Under the pieces are notes generated by a model. The model did not search any database. It saw only the letters and a program-made list of their open reading frames with translations, and was not told the origin of the DNA. From the IMG/VR virus record IMGVR_UViG_3300030606_000005: a DNA stretch of 20,000 nucleotides. The stretch is one strand, 5' to 3'. The position numbers and the translations under genes were made by a program. Positions 7,468-15,506 of this stretch are shown here, in pieces. The stretch is from an uncultured virus (IMG/VR IMGVR_UViG_3300030606_000005) (lineage: Duplodnaviria > Heunggongvirae > Uroviricota > Caudoviricetes). Each line of letters begins with the position of its first letter. Within the stretch, counting starts at the first letter, position 1.

Positions 7468-7543
7468 GGGCCTGTAGCTCAGGAGGCAGAGCGAGGGATT
7501 TAAACCCCAGTGCGCGCCGGTTCGACCCCGGCCGGGCCCACCA
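7468..7543 (+). tRNA. tRNA-like gene with encoded CCA and a degenerate anticodon arm (UAA by canonical numbering, UUA in the alternative register)
   Basis: Acceptor GGGCCTG/CGGGCCC-A-CCA; D stem GCTC/GAGC; T arm GCCGG-TTCGACC-CCGGC; anticodon region AGGGATTTAAACCCCAG pairs poorly. Confidence 0.75.
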
Positions 7544-7578
7544 GATCAGTCACCGATCAACCCCGGAGGGGGAACACC

Positions 7579-8784
7579 GTGAGCATCACCGACGTCAACA
7601 CCGCGTTCGCGGCCGAGAAGACGGCACAGATCGAAGCCGTCCGCAACGTTGAGCGCGCGTTCCAGAGCCGTATCGACCGGGGAGAGATCCGCCTCGTCGG
7701 CGGCGGCCAGTACGAGGTGCTGACCGGCTGGGACCGGGGCGAGCGCTTCACCGTCTCTCGCAACACCCAAGGGCAGATCGAGCGGATCATCGCCAACCAC
7801 GGGCTCGACGAGAGCGCGGACGGCACGATCGCCCTCTACGCGTCCTCGCCCGCGTGGCACGGCCTCGGTCAGATCATCCCCGGCGGCACCACGGACATCG
7901 ACGAGGTCCTCGTACGGTCCGGCCTCGACTTCGAGGTGACCACGGTGCCCGCCCTGTACGAGTGGGATGGCGAACTGCGCGAGCACACCGACCAGTTCCA
8001 CACCGTGCGTGAGGACACGGGCGCGGCGCTCGGAGCGGTCGGCGCCCGCTACACCCCGATTCAGAACCGTCAGGGCTTCGAGTTCCTCCAGGAACTGGTG
8101 GGCCGCTACGACGTGGTGTGGGAGTCGGCCGGTGTCCTGCGCGGCGGGAAGCGCGTGTTCATCTCGATCCGCCTGCCCGAGACCGTCCGCGTGGACGCCG
8201 ACGGCATCAACGACCTGATCGTCCCGTACGTGGCCGTCATGAACGACCACAGCGGGCAGGGCCAGTTCCAGTGCGTCGTCACCCCCTGGCGACCCGTCTG
8301 CGCCAACACCGAACGCTTCGCCGTCCGGGACGCCCACACCCGGTGGGCCGTGCGGCACACGGCAGGCGCCACCGACGAGATCAAGGAAGCCCGGCGCACG
8401 CTCGGCCTGTCCGTGAAGTACTTCGAGGAGTTCGCCGCCGAGGAGACCGCGCTCGCCCGTACGGACATCGCCGTCGCCGAGTTCCACGACCTGGTCGCCG
8501 ACCTGTGGCCCCTCGACGAGGACGCAACCGACCGCGCGAAGACCAACCACGCTCACCGGCTCGGCGCCCTCGACGCGACGTTCCGCACCGAGACGGAGCG
8601 CGTCGGCCGTACGGCGTACGCCGCCGAGCGCGCCATCACCGGCTACCTCGATCACGTCGCACCCCGGCGGCCCGGCCGAACGATGACGGAGGAAGTGGCG
8701 CGCGCCACCGCGCTGCTGGAGGGCGCGGACGACGAGATGAAGACCAAGGCCCACAAGCGGCTGCGGCTCCTGCGCAAGGCCTGA
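7579..8784 (+). CDS. DUF932 / TIGR03299-type phage-plasmid protein (401 aa)
   Basis: PAWHGLG, SGLDFEV, LGAVGARYTPIQN, ESAGVLRGGKRVF, NDHSG, VTPWRPVCANT, VRHT motifs. Confidence 0.85.
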   Translation: MSITDVNTAFAAEKTAQIEAVRNVERAFQSRIDRGEIRLVGGGQYEVLTGWDRGERFTVSRNTQGQIERIIANHGLDESADGTIALYASSPAWHGLGQIIPGGTTDIDEVLVRSGLDFEVTTVPALYEWDGELREHTDQFHTVREDTGAALGAVGARYTPIQNRQGFEFLQELVGRYDVVWESAGVLRGGKRVFISIRLPETVRVDADGINDLIVPYVAVMNDHSGQGQFQCVVTPWRPVCANTERFAVRDAHTRWAVRHTAGATDEIKEARRTLGLSVKYFEEFAAEETALARTDIAVAEFHDLVADLWPLDEDATDRAKTNHAHRLGALDATFRTETERVGRTAYAAERAITGYLDHVAPRRPGRTMTEEVARATALLEGADDEMKTKAHKRLRLLRKA

Positions 8785-8795
8785 ACCCCCAGACC

Positions 8796-8876
8796 GGCGG
8801 CCGGGCCGACTCCCCCAGCTCGGCCGCCCCCAGGGCCGCCGCCCCGCCCAACCCCCGTCACGCGGGGCGGCGGCTC
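8796..8876 (+). other. two GC-rich hairpins directly upstream of a tRNA gene
   Basis: GGCGGCCGGGC..GCTCGGCCGCC and GCCGCCGCCCCGC..GCGGGGCGGCGGC inverted repeats. Confidence 0.6.
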
Positions 8877-8879
8877 CAA

Positions 8880-8955
8880 GCGCCCGTGGCCCAACCGGTA
8901 GAGGCAGCGCCTTATAAGCGTCGAGCTGCGAGTTCGAATCTCGTCGGGCGTACCA
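8880..8955 (+). tRNA. tRNA-Ile(UAU)-like with encoded CCA
   Basis: Acceptor GCGCCCG/CGGGCGT-A-CCA; D stem GCC/GGC; anticodon stem GCGC/GCGT with loop CTTATAA (TAT at 8913-8915); T arm GCGAG-TTCGAAT-CTCGT. Confidence 0.8.
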
Positions 8956-8990
8956 CCGCAGATCACCAACGACTCAGGAAGACACGCGAC

Positions 8991-9563
8991 ATGAGCACCG
9001 ACCCGCCTGGCATCTCCGCCGGGCCCATCGAGACCGAGCCGCTCGACTACCCGACACCCGGCGACTTCCCGACCACGAGCCGCAAGGCCGAGATCCTGGG
9101 GGACGTGTTCCGCGCGGCCGGCGTACACCTGGGTGCGTACGACGAGCGGATCGCGACCTGGCTCGCCCAGACCTCCGACTGGTCGACGTTCGCCGTCATC
9201 GTCTCGTGGGTGGCGCGCGCCGCCACGGCCCGTGAGCCGACCCGGACGGTCGCCCTGCCGGGCCGGTTCGACGCGACCCCGGCCGAGGTGGACCGGCACC
9301 TGCGGCGGATCCTCGCCGAGGACGTGTACCTGCGCTACCAGCAAGCCATCGGCGGCCATGCGGTCATGGAGGCCTCGAAGGACCTCCGCATGGAAGTCGT
9401 CCTGCCGAACGCCCCGGACGCCAAGCAGTGGCGCGAGGCGGCCAACTACATCGACCCCCGCCTGCACGGCGGCCCGTACCCGTCGCAGCTCTTGTGCTCG
9501 CAGCACGACGGCTTCGGCCCCTGCCCCGGCGCACCCCGCTGCACCCCGAAGGAGAACGACTGA
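8991..9563 (+). CDS. hypothetical phage protein (190 aa), possibly a two-module fusion
   Basis: AGGA upstream, GC3 bias; N-part GVHLGAYDERIATWL..DWSTFAVIVSWVARA, C-part ending CSQH..GPCPGAPRC. Confidence 0.75.
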   Translation: MSTDPPGISAGPIETEPLDYPTPGDFPTTSRKAEILGDVFRAAGVHLGAYDERIATWLAQTSDWSTFAVIVSWVARAATAREPTRTVALPGRFDATPAEVDRHLRRILAEDVYLRYQQAIGGHAVMEASKDLRMEVVLPNAPDAKQWREAANYIDPRLHGGPYPSQLLCSQHDGFGPCPGAPRCTPKEND

Positions 9564-9841
9564 TGGCCACCGGCCCCGAGCACTACCGCAAGGCCGAGCG
9601 CCTCGCCGAGCAAGCCGACACGTGGATGAACGCCGACACCGGCTGGAAGGCCCACCTGTCCACCGAGGAACGCATCGCCCACCGCACGGCCGACCTGCTG
9701 GCTGGCCTGCTGCACGCGGTCCTCGCCAACTCCGCCGCGACCGCGCTGAACGACCACAGCGCCGACGAAGGCGGCATGCCGCTCGCCGACTACGACGCGT
9801 GGGTCCAGACGGCCTCTCAGTGGAAGCGGGGCGGGAAGTGA
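9563..9841 (+). CDS. hypothetical phage protein (92 aa)
   Basis: GAAGGAG RBS, TGATG coupling; MATGPEHYRKAERL...HAVLA. Confidence 0.8.
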   Translation: MATGPEHYRKAERLAEQADTWMNADTGWKAHLSTEERIAHRTADLLAGLLHAVLANSAATALNDHSADEGGMPLADYDAWVQTASQWKRGGK

Positions 9842-10227
9842 CCACGCTCGACTTGACCCCGAACGACTGGCAGCGCGCCAACCTGGCGCCGCTCGCCGTC
9901 GCCTGCCCCGACTGCGGCTCGCCTGCCGGCCAGCTGTGCACGAGCCACGGCGGAACCCGCGCCCGCAACTCACAGGTCCACCGCGCCCGCACGGCCGCCT
10001 GGGAGACGGCTCGGCTCGCCGCGAACCCGGCCGCCAAGCTCATCGCCGACGCGGTGACCGAGCGGGGCATCCGGCACGGCCAGCACGCCGTCAACCTGCT
10101 GCGCGAGCACGGCTACACGGCCGAGGCCGACAACGTCCAGCGCGCCGTGTCCCGCCGCCACGGGCACATGTCCGCCAAGCAGGCCGCGCAGTTCCTCATC
10201 GACATCGAGGGCGGTGAGAACCAGTGA
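9838..10227 (+). CDS. phage zinc-finger (CxxC-x7-C...H) protein (129 aa)
   Basis: LAVACPDCGSPAGQLC...VHRAR; GTGA coupling. Confidence 0.8.
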   Translation: MTTLDLTPNDWQRANLAPLAVACPDCGSPAGQLCTSHGGTRARNSQVHRARTAAWETARLAANPAAKLIADAVTERGIRHGQHAVNLLREHGYTAEADNVQRAVSRRHGHMSAKQAAQFLIDIEGGENQ

Positions 10228-10985
10228 GCGCCCGCGACACCCTTATCGGCATCCTCCAGCAGTGGACCGACCGGCACGACGCCGCTCCACAGACGCCCGA
10301 AGCCCTGGTCGCCGCCTCTGATGCCGAGCTGCTGCGGGGCTGGGCGGCGAAGATCCGCGAGGTCGGAACCGCGAAGGGCTGGTCGACGTGGGCCGCCGCC
10401 TACATCGACCCCGACGTCGAGTTCGTCGACACGGCCATGCCGTCGACCGAGACGATCGTCGCCGAGCTGCGCCGACTTGACCGCGTCGCCATCCTCCGCC
10501 AGGCCGCCGAGGCGATCGAGCGTGAGCAGGCCCGTGAGGAGCGAGCGGAAAGCGAGCGGTTCGGATACCTCGACCACGAGACGGAGCTTCAGGGGGTCGC
10601 TGTCCGGGCCAAGGCGACGTTCCTGCGCCGCCTGGCCGACGACGTCGAGCGGGGGAAGGACACCAGCGTCGGCAGCCAGCCGACCGCAGGCGGCGCCACT
10701 CCCGACTTCTTCCTGCCCGGTCATACGTACAGGCGGCGCCGGTGGCGGTTCCAGTGCCTCGCTGTCGGCCCGGACCCCTTCACCGGGGAGACCCGGGCCG
10801 CCGGCTACCTGTACCGGCCGGGCGAGTCCGCGACCGTCACAGGGATGGACCCGGAGACCTGGGCGCGCGGCGGCTGGTGCGACATCACCGAGTTGTCGCC
10901 CGCCACCGACGCACCGGCGGCGCACCCGGATGCGACGGCGCACGCCTCGTCGTACGACACCGACACCGAAGGAACGAGCCAGTGA
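10224..10985 (+). CDS. hypothetical phage protein (253 aa)
   Basis: GTGA coupling, GC3 bias; C-terminal PDFFLPGHTY...WRFQC module. Confidence 0.75.
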   Translation: MSARDTLIGILQQWTDRHDAAPQTPEALVAASDAELLRGWAAKIREVGTAKGWSTWAAAYIDPDVEFVDTAMPSTETIVAELRRLDRVAILRQAAEAIEREQAREERAESERFGYLDHETELQGVAVRAKATFLRRLADDVERGKDTSVGSQPTAGGATPDFFLPGHTYRRRRWRFQCLAVGPDPFTGETRAAGYLYRPGESATVTGMDPETWARGGWCDITELSPATDAPAAHPDATAHASSYDTDTEGTSQ

Positions 10986-11401
10986 ACATGCCCGCGCCGC
11001 TGACCATGACTGCACGCCGCGCCATGGTCGCGGAACTGCGCCGCCAGGAGCCAGGCATCAGCGCCCGCAAAATCGCAGATCGGCTCGGGGCTGGCAAGGA
11101 CACGATCCTCCGGGACATCGCCGAGATCGAGACGGAGCAGCGCCAGCGCGCCGCCGAGGCCGCAGCCTCCGCAGCGTCTGCTGAGCCGCCCGCGCCACCG
11201 GACGCGCCGGAGGGCGACACGCTCGTGATCCGCCTCGACGAGCCGATGCGCCAGGCCCTCGCCACCCTCCGCGCTGCCGTCGGCTCTCCAGACACCCCGA
11301 CCGCCAACCGGCGGGCGGCGCGCGCCGCCATCCGAGCCATGGCCGACCACTTCGCGGAGCAAGGCCAGCAGGTCACCACCCCGGAAGGGAGCAGGCCGTG
11401 A
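10982..11401 (+). CDS. HTH DNA-binding protein (about 139 aa; alternative ATG at 10988)
   Basis: RRAMVAELRRQEPGISARKIADRLGAGKDTILRDI is an HTH pattern. Confidence 0.8.
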   Translation: MNMPAPLTMTARRAMVAELRRQEPGISARKIADRLGAGKDTILRDIAEIETEQRQRAAEAAASAASAEPPAPPDAPEGDTLVIRLDEPMRQALATLRAAVGSPDTPTANRRAARAAIRAMADHFAEQGQQVTTPEGSRP

Positions 11402-12012
11402 TCTCGTCGGCAACCGTTGAGACGATCAAGAGCGAGTTGACCTCTCACCTCCTCGCGCGCACCGAATGGGACGAGCAGCCCGCCCTGTTCACTGTCCATC
11501 AAGCCGACGGGCAGGGCGTGCGCATGGTGCAGGTTCCGCTCCCCGATGTGGTGTGGACGGCACACGGGCATCCGCCCACGGCAGTCGCCGCGCTGGCTGC
11601 TGTAGCGCTCCAACTGCCCCGGCATCCCGATGGGTCGCACATGTTCGTCACGCACGATGGTCCGCTGATCGGAGCCGCGTTCCGGTATGAGGCGTATGCG
11701 ATCAGCGCGGACTCCAACCACCCGGCCGCCCGGGAAGCCGCCCGCCGCCGCACCGTCGGCGGCTCGACCCCGCGCTTCGAGCACATCCCCGGCCGGGTCG
11801 AACAGCGCTGTATGACCGCTGTGGACCTCGACGGCGGGCGCTACATGGCCAGCAGCGACCGTATCGACGAGTCCAAGCTGGACGCCGCTGAACCGCAGGT
11901 GCACTACCTCGCATTCGGCGATCCCAAGAGGGACACCCTCAAGGGCAACGTCGTCGACGCCACGAACCGCTTCCTCAACGCGATTAAGCCCGTGCCCGCC
12001 CGGAGGCGCTGA
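11398..12012 (+). CDS. hypothetical protein (204 aa)
   Basis: GTGA coupling with GGAAGGGAG RBS; globular composition. Confidence 0.75.
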   Translation: MISSATVETIKSELTSHLLARTEWDEQPALFTVHQADGQGVRMVQVPLPDVVWTAHGHPPTAVAALAAVALQLPRHPDGSHMFVTHDGPLIGAAFRYEAYAISADSNHPAAREAARRRTVGGSTPRFEHIPGRVEQRCMTAVDLDGGRYMASSDRIDESKLDAAEPQVHYLAFGDPKRDTLKGNVVDATNRFLNAIKPVPARRR

Positions 12013-12015
12013 CCC

Positions 12016-12357
12016 ATGAAACCCGTTGTGTGCAGCTTTTACATCCGCACCCCGGCCGGAGACAGCCAGTTCCAGTACGAGTCGGTCAACATCGGCAGCC
12101 CGCACGGCGACGGCAAGATGCACACGCCGTACCCGCCGGCCGTCGGCGACCTGATCCACCTGCGGGACACGATCAAGCAGTCCGGAGGCACCTACGAAGT
12201 GATCATCCGTCAGTGGCTGCATTCCAGCTACGGATCGACGAACTGGCCCGTGCTGGAGCAGCAGCCCACGGTGGGCCCGCTCCTGGAACTGCTCGTGGAG
12301 CCCGCCGAGGGCGTCTTCCGCGACCAGGCGCCGCGCCCCGACGACGAGGAGGCGTGA
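12016..12357 (+). CDS. hypothetical protein (113 aa)
   Basis: GGAGG RBS; PYPPAVGDLIHL beta-rich pattern. Confidence 0.75.
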   Translation: MKPVVCSFYIRTPAGDSQFQYESVNIGSPHGDGKMHTPYPPAVGDLIHLRDTIKQSGGTYEVIIRQWLHSSYGSTNWPVLEQQPTVGPLLELLVEPAEGVFRDQAPRPDDEEA

Positions 12358-12689
12358 CCGCCGTGACGGCCGACCAGACTCCGCTCCTGGGCGAGCCCAC
12401 GCCCTCGAATGACCGCGGCTTCCTGCTGTACGGAGGCCAGCCGATCTATACCAGCTACGGGCACGAGGTCCGGGTGCAGGAGTCCAGCTCCGCAGAGGAC
12501 CCGCACGTGTGGCTGTTCATCGGCGAGAGTGCGCTCACGCGGAAGCAGGATCCGCACCTCAGCTTGGAACAGGCCATCGCTGTGCACGCCGCCCTCGGCC
12601 AGTTCATCGACGGCGTACCCGAACGCTGGGAGGACGGCGCGCAGCTGCTCGCCGACGCCCGGCGCCGAGCCCTCGGAGAAGCCTTGTAA
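12354..12689 (+). CDS. hypothetical phage protein (111 aa)
   Basis: GAGGAGG RBS, GTGA coupling; NDRGF...TSYGHEVRVQESSSAEDPHVWL...HLSLEQA. Confidence 0.8.
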   Translation: MTAVTADQTPLLGEPTPSNDRGFLLYGGQPIYTSYGHEVRVQESSSAEDPHVWLFIGESALTRKQDPHLSLEQAIAVHAALGQFIDGVPERWEDGAQLLADARRRALGEAL

Positions 12690-12783
12690 ACCACTTCCCG
12701 TCCGACGGCGACCGTGCCCGGCGGCGTCAATTGTCGGTGGCTTCACGTCGGGGGGCGCGTCTGCGCTTGAGAAACTTGGTTCA

Positions 12784-13101
12784 CTACCCTGCCGGGTTAT
12801 ACTCGTGGGCCGATTCCTTGGAACGCTGCGCGAGGCTCCTCATGCTCTCGATCTCCGAAGAGACAGCGATTGCATTGAATGAGCGATCTACAGCCTGCAT
12901 GGCTTCGAGGACGAAGATTTTTTCCTTGGCCAACTGATGCATTCGACTGTGAGCGCGGAACCGATCCAAGTCGGTGCCAGCCCTCATTCGCCCGCCAGGC
13001 CAGTTGTCAACGTCTCTCATGCGATTGGAAACATCGGCCAGTTCCTGGCCCAGCTTCCTCATCCGTGGGTCAGGGTGATCCTCCGCGAATTCCAAAGCCA
13101 T
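12784..13101 (-). CDS. antisense, lower-GC hypothetical (moron-like) protein (105 aa)
   Basis: GAGAGGAG RBS before ATG on the minus strand; helical MALEFAEDHPDPRMRKLGQEL...; fills a gap in the + strand operon. Confidence 0.6.
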   Translation of the reverse strand: MALEFAEDHPDPRMRKLGQELADVSNRMRDVDNWPGGRMRAGTDLDRFRAHSRMHQLAKEKIFVLEAMQAVDRSFNAIAVSSEIESMRSLAQRSKESAHEYNPAG

Positions 13102-13351
13102 CAAACTCACTCCTCTCGGCGTGACTTGGTCACACACAGGCCCGTCGCTCCGGCGAACCCTGCCTGCTGCCCCCTTGTCTATCGCTCGCCAGCGTCCCGC
13201 AAAAGGGGCAGACGCCTCCAACGGTTGCGAAGTCTCGCGTACAGGGCGCGCTCCCCTCACAACCCGGATCGCGCGCCCCCGTGTGTCTAGCACCATCAAA
13301 GTTGCCAAAGGTGGACGAGTAGCCGTTGTGATTGAGGATGGGGAGGCGTAG

Positions 13352-13753
13352 TTGAACCTGATCGAGAACCCGGAGACGGCCCCGTTGTGGCGCGGCCTGG
13401 TCGTCGCGCACGAAGCCAGCTGCCGGTGGATCGCTGCGCGCATGTTCTACAACCACCGGCTCGTGTGCGTGTACGACGACGACCCGATGGGATGTGCCGC
13501 GTACGGCTGGTGCTACCGCAGCATGGCCGTCCTGGTCGCCTCGGCGGCCGTGTTCGAGCCCGCCACGCAGGACGAGCCGGTCGGCTGGCACAAGCGCGCC
13601 GGAGCCGACGTACGGCGTGCACCCCACCGCGACCAGGACCCGGAGCACAACCGGGCCCGCTGCGTCCACGGCAGCTACCTCGACACCCCGGCCTGCACCG
13701 TCACGCAGTTCTGTGAAGAGTTCCTCAACCGCCCCGAGAGGATGATCCCGTGA
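13352..13753 (+). CDS. hypothetical phage protein (133 aa)
   Basis: TTG start with GGGAGG RBS; RMFYNHRLV...YGWCY...EPVGWHKR. Confidence 0.8.
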   Translation: MNLIENPETAPLWRGLVVAHEASCRWIAARMFYNHRLVCVYDDDPMGCAAYGWCYRSMAVLVASAAVFEPATQDEPVGWHKRAGADVRRAPHRDQDPEHNRARCVHGSYLDTPACTVTQFCEEFLNRPERMIP

Positions 13754-14019
13754 CCAACCGCCCCGCAGGCCGCACCGGCCGGGCACCCGCCCGCAGTCCC
13801 CGGCCTCAGCCGGCCCCGGACGCCAGCGGCGGCCCGTCGCCCGTCGACGTCCGCCTGATGGGTGACGACACGGCCGTACGACAGCTGGTCGCCGCTCTCC
13901 AGAAGGCCGCGGACTGCGGTCCGGCCAGCTACCGTCCCATGCGCGACGCCGACGGCACGCGCGCCTACCTCAGCGTCGTCGTGCCCGCCGAGCCAACGCC
14001 ACCCACCACCGAAGGATGA
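13750..14019 (+). CDS. hypothetical protein (89 aa)
   Basis: GTGA coupling; VDVRLMG...YRPMR..GTRAYL. Confidence 0.7.
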   Translation: MTNRPAGRTGRAPARSPRPQPAPDASGGPSPVDVRLMGDDTAVRQLVAALQKAADCGPASYRPMRDADGTRAYLSVVVPAEPTPPTTEG

Positions 14020-14023
14020 TCAC

Positions 14024-14242
14024 ATGACCACCGACCGCGTCACTGTCCGAGTCCTGCTGTTCGTCGGCGACCAGGCCGAGATCGTCGCCGACGTCCCGCC
14101 GGGGGAGCGCGCGGAGCCCGTGCGGTATCCGGCCGCCGACATCGCCGCGGCGGTCGGCGTGCCGGTCGCCGCGCTGGCCGGGAAGCGGCTCACGGCCAAC
14201 GTCGGACATGACGACAGGCTGTCCGGCTGGCGGGTCGCCTGA
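14024..14242 (+). CDS. hypothetical protein (72 aa)
   Basis: GAAGGA RBS; RYPAADIAAAVGVPVAALAGKRL. Confidence 0.7.
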   Translation: MTTDRVTVRVLLFVGDQAEIVADVPPGERAEPVRYPAADIAAAVGVPVAALAGKRLTANVGHDDRLSGWRVA

Positions 14243-14263
14243 CCTGCCGCAAACGGCCCGAAC

Positions 14264-14285
14264 TGTCAGTGGCACGTAGGAGAAT
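14264..14285 (+). promoter_or_regulatory. PafBC / RecA-NDp-like DNA-damage promoter
   Basis: TGTCAG-N10-GAGAAT versus the known consensus TGTCRG-N10-TANNNT (one mismatch in the -10). Confidence 0.5.
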
Positions 14286-14353
14286 GGAATAGAGCAGACC
14301 CCGGCGACGGCGGGCCACCGTCCCGGGGCATGGGCGACTGACAAGGAGTCGAC

Positions 14354-14887
14354 GTGCAGCAGCTTAACGGCGCCGAACTGCGCCGCCTCGTCCTCCCGCC
14401 GGTGCTACCGACCTCTCATCCGTACGTCGTGTACTTCATCCGCAACGGCAACCGAGTCAAGATCGGCACCACCAAGAGCCTGGCCGGGCGGCTGAACCAG
14501 TTCGGACTGAGCCGGAACCAAGTCGGACTGCTCGTCGAAGGCGACTACATCCTGGAAGACGCGCTGCACACCCAGTTCAGCGAACAGCGCGTGGACGGCA
14601 CCGAGTGGTTCCGGCTCACGCCGCCGCTGTTCGCCTTCATCAGGCAGTGCAACGCCCAGCCAGCCGTGGCCGCACTTGGGGGACCCGACCACGAAGCCCT
14701 ATGGGAGGACCTGGACCAGATCGCCGCCCGCACGGGGCGCTCTCTGAACGAACTCCAGGTGATGCGCAAGGACCCGTCCTGGCCCACGAGCGAGGGCAAC
14801 GCTGGCGGCAGACGGCGCCTGTACCACCGGAACCAGGTGGACAGCTGGCTGGCCAGGCATGCACGTGCTGAGAAGCAGGAGGTCTGA
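14354..14887 (+). CDS. T5orf172/MUG113-type GIY-YIG domain fused to an excisionase/AlpA-like HTH (177 aa)
   Basis: VVYFIRNGNRVKIGTT..L..RL...LEDALHTQFSEQRVDGTEWF; C-terminal DLDQIAARTGRS...WP...RRRLYHRNQVDSWL; AAGGAG RBS. Confidence 0.85.
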   Translation: MQQLNGAELRRLVLPPVLPTSHPYVVYFIRNGNRVKIGTTKSLAGRLNQFGLSRNQVGLLVEGDYILEDALHTQFSEQRVDGTEWFRLTPPLFAFIRQCNAQPAVAALGGPDHEALWEDLDQIAARTGRSLNELQVMRKDPSWPTSEGNAGGRRRLYHRNQVDSWLARHARAEKQEV

Positions 14888-14891
14888 GGCG

Positions 14892-15506
14892 TTGAGCGAG
14901 GAACCGGCCGTGAACATGCTCCAGTTCGCTCGTGACCTGGGGCGTCTGGAGGAGCACCTGGAGTGGGCGAGGCGCGGCCAAGGAGATGGTCGGTCGGGTG
15001 ATGTGGCTACTGAGATCGCCACCTCGTTCCTCGCGCTCCTACGAGCACTGACCAACGGCATTGAGCCGGTCCCCGCGATAGCTGAGGCGATCCGAGTCCT
15101 TGACGAGGCTCGCAGCCACAGCCGCACACTCTGGGAGACGCAGAATGCGCGAACGCAGGAGCATCGCGAGCGGATGTGGGCCGAAGAGGAGATCACACAG
15201 AAGGTCGAATGCCCGCACTGCGGGGCAGCCCCCGGCGCCTCGTGCCGAACTACTGGGCCAGCCCGGCAGGTGAAGACCGAAAGCCATCGTGGCCGCTACC
15301 GGCTCGCCCGAAGCCTCAACGACGGTGCGGCTGATGCCGCTTTGGACGCCGCGAAGAGGGACGCTCATGCCCGTGACGTGCTGAACAACGCGCCGGACGA
15401 AGAGATCAGGCTGTGGGCAGCCCGGGAGCTTGATCTCAGTGCGCTGAAGGCAGGGCAGATCTCGCAGGGAGAGTTCGAACGTTGCTGGCCGGATGATCAG
15501 GGCTGA
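14892..15506 (+). CDS. hypothetical protein with phage zinc finger (start uncertain: 14892, 14910 or 14916)
   Basis: VECPHCGAAPGASCRT...SHRGR, the same finger type as 9838-10227; lower GC3 than neighbours. Confidence 0.7.
   Translation: MSEEPAVNMLQFARDLGRLEEHLEWARRGQGDGRSGDVATEIATSFLALLRALTNGIEPVPAIAEAIRVLDEARSHSRTLWETQNARTQEHRERMWAEEEITQKVECPHCGAAPGASCRTTGPARQVKTESHRGRYRLARSLNDGAADAALDAAKRDAHARDVLNNAPDEEIRLWAARELDLSALKAGQISQGEFERCWPDDQG

Noticed and set aside
7468..8955. tRNA genes as attachment sites or prophage ends
   Set aside because: No integrase and no duplicated tRNA 3' end in the window; phage-like genes continue on both sides.
12731..12753. TTGTCGGTGG, a second PafBC-like upstream element
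   Set aside because: No TANNNT at the 10-nt spacing (TCGGGG); at best a relic at the edge of the moron.
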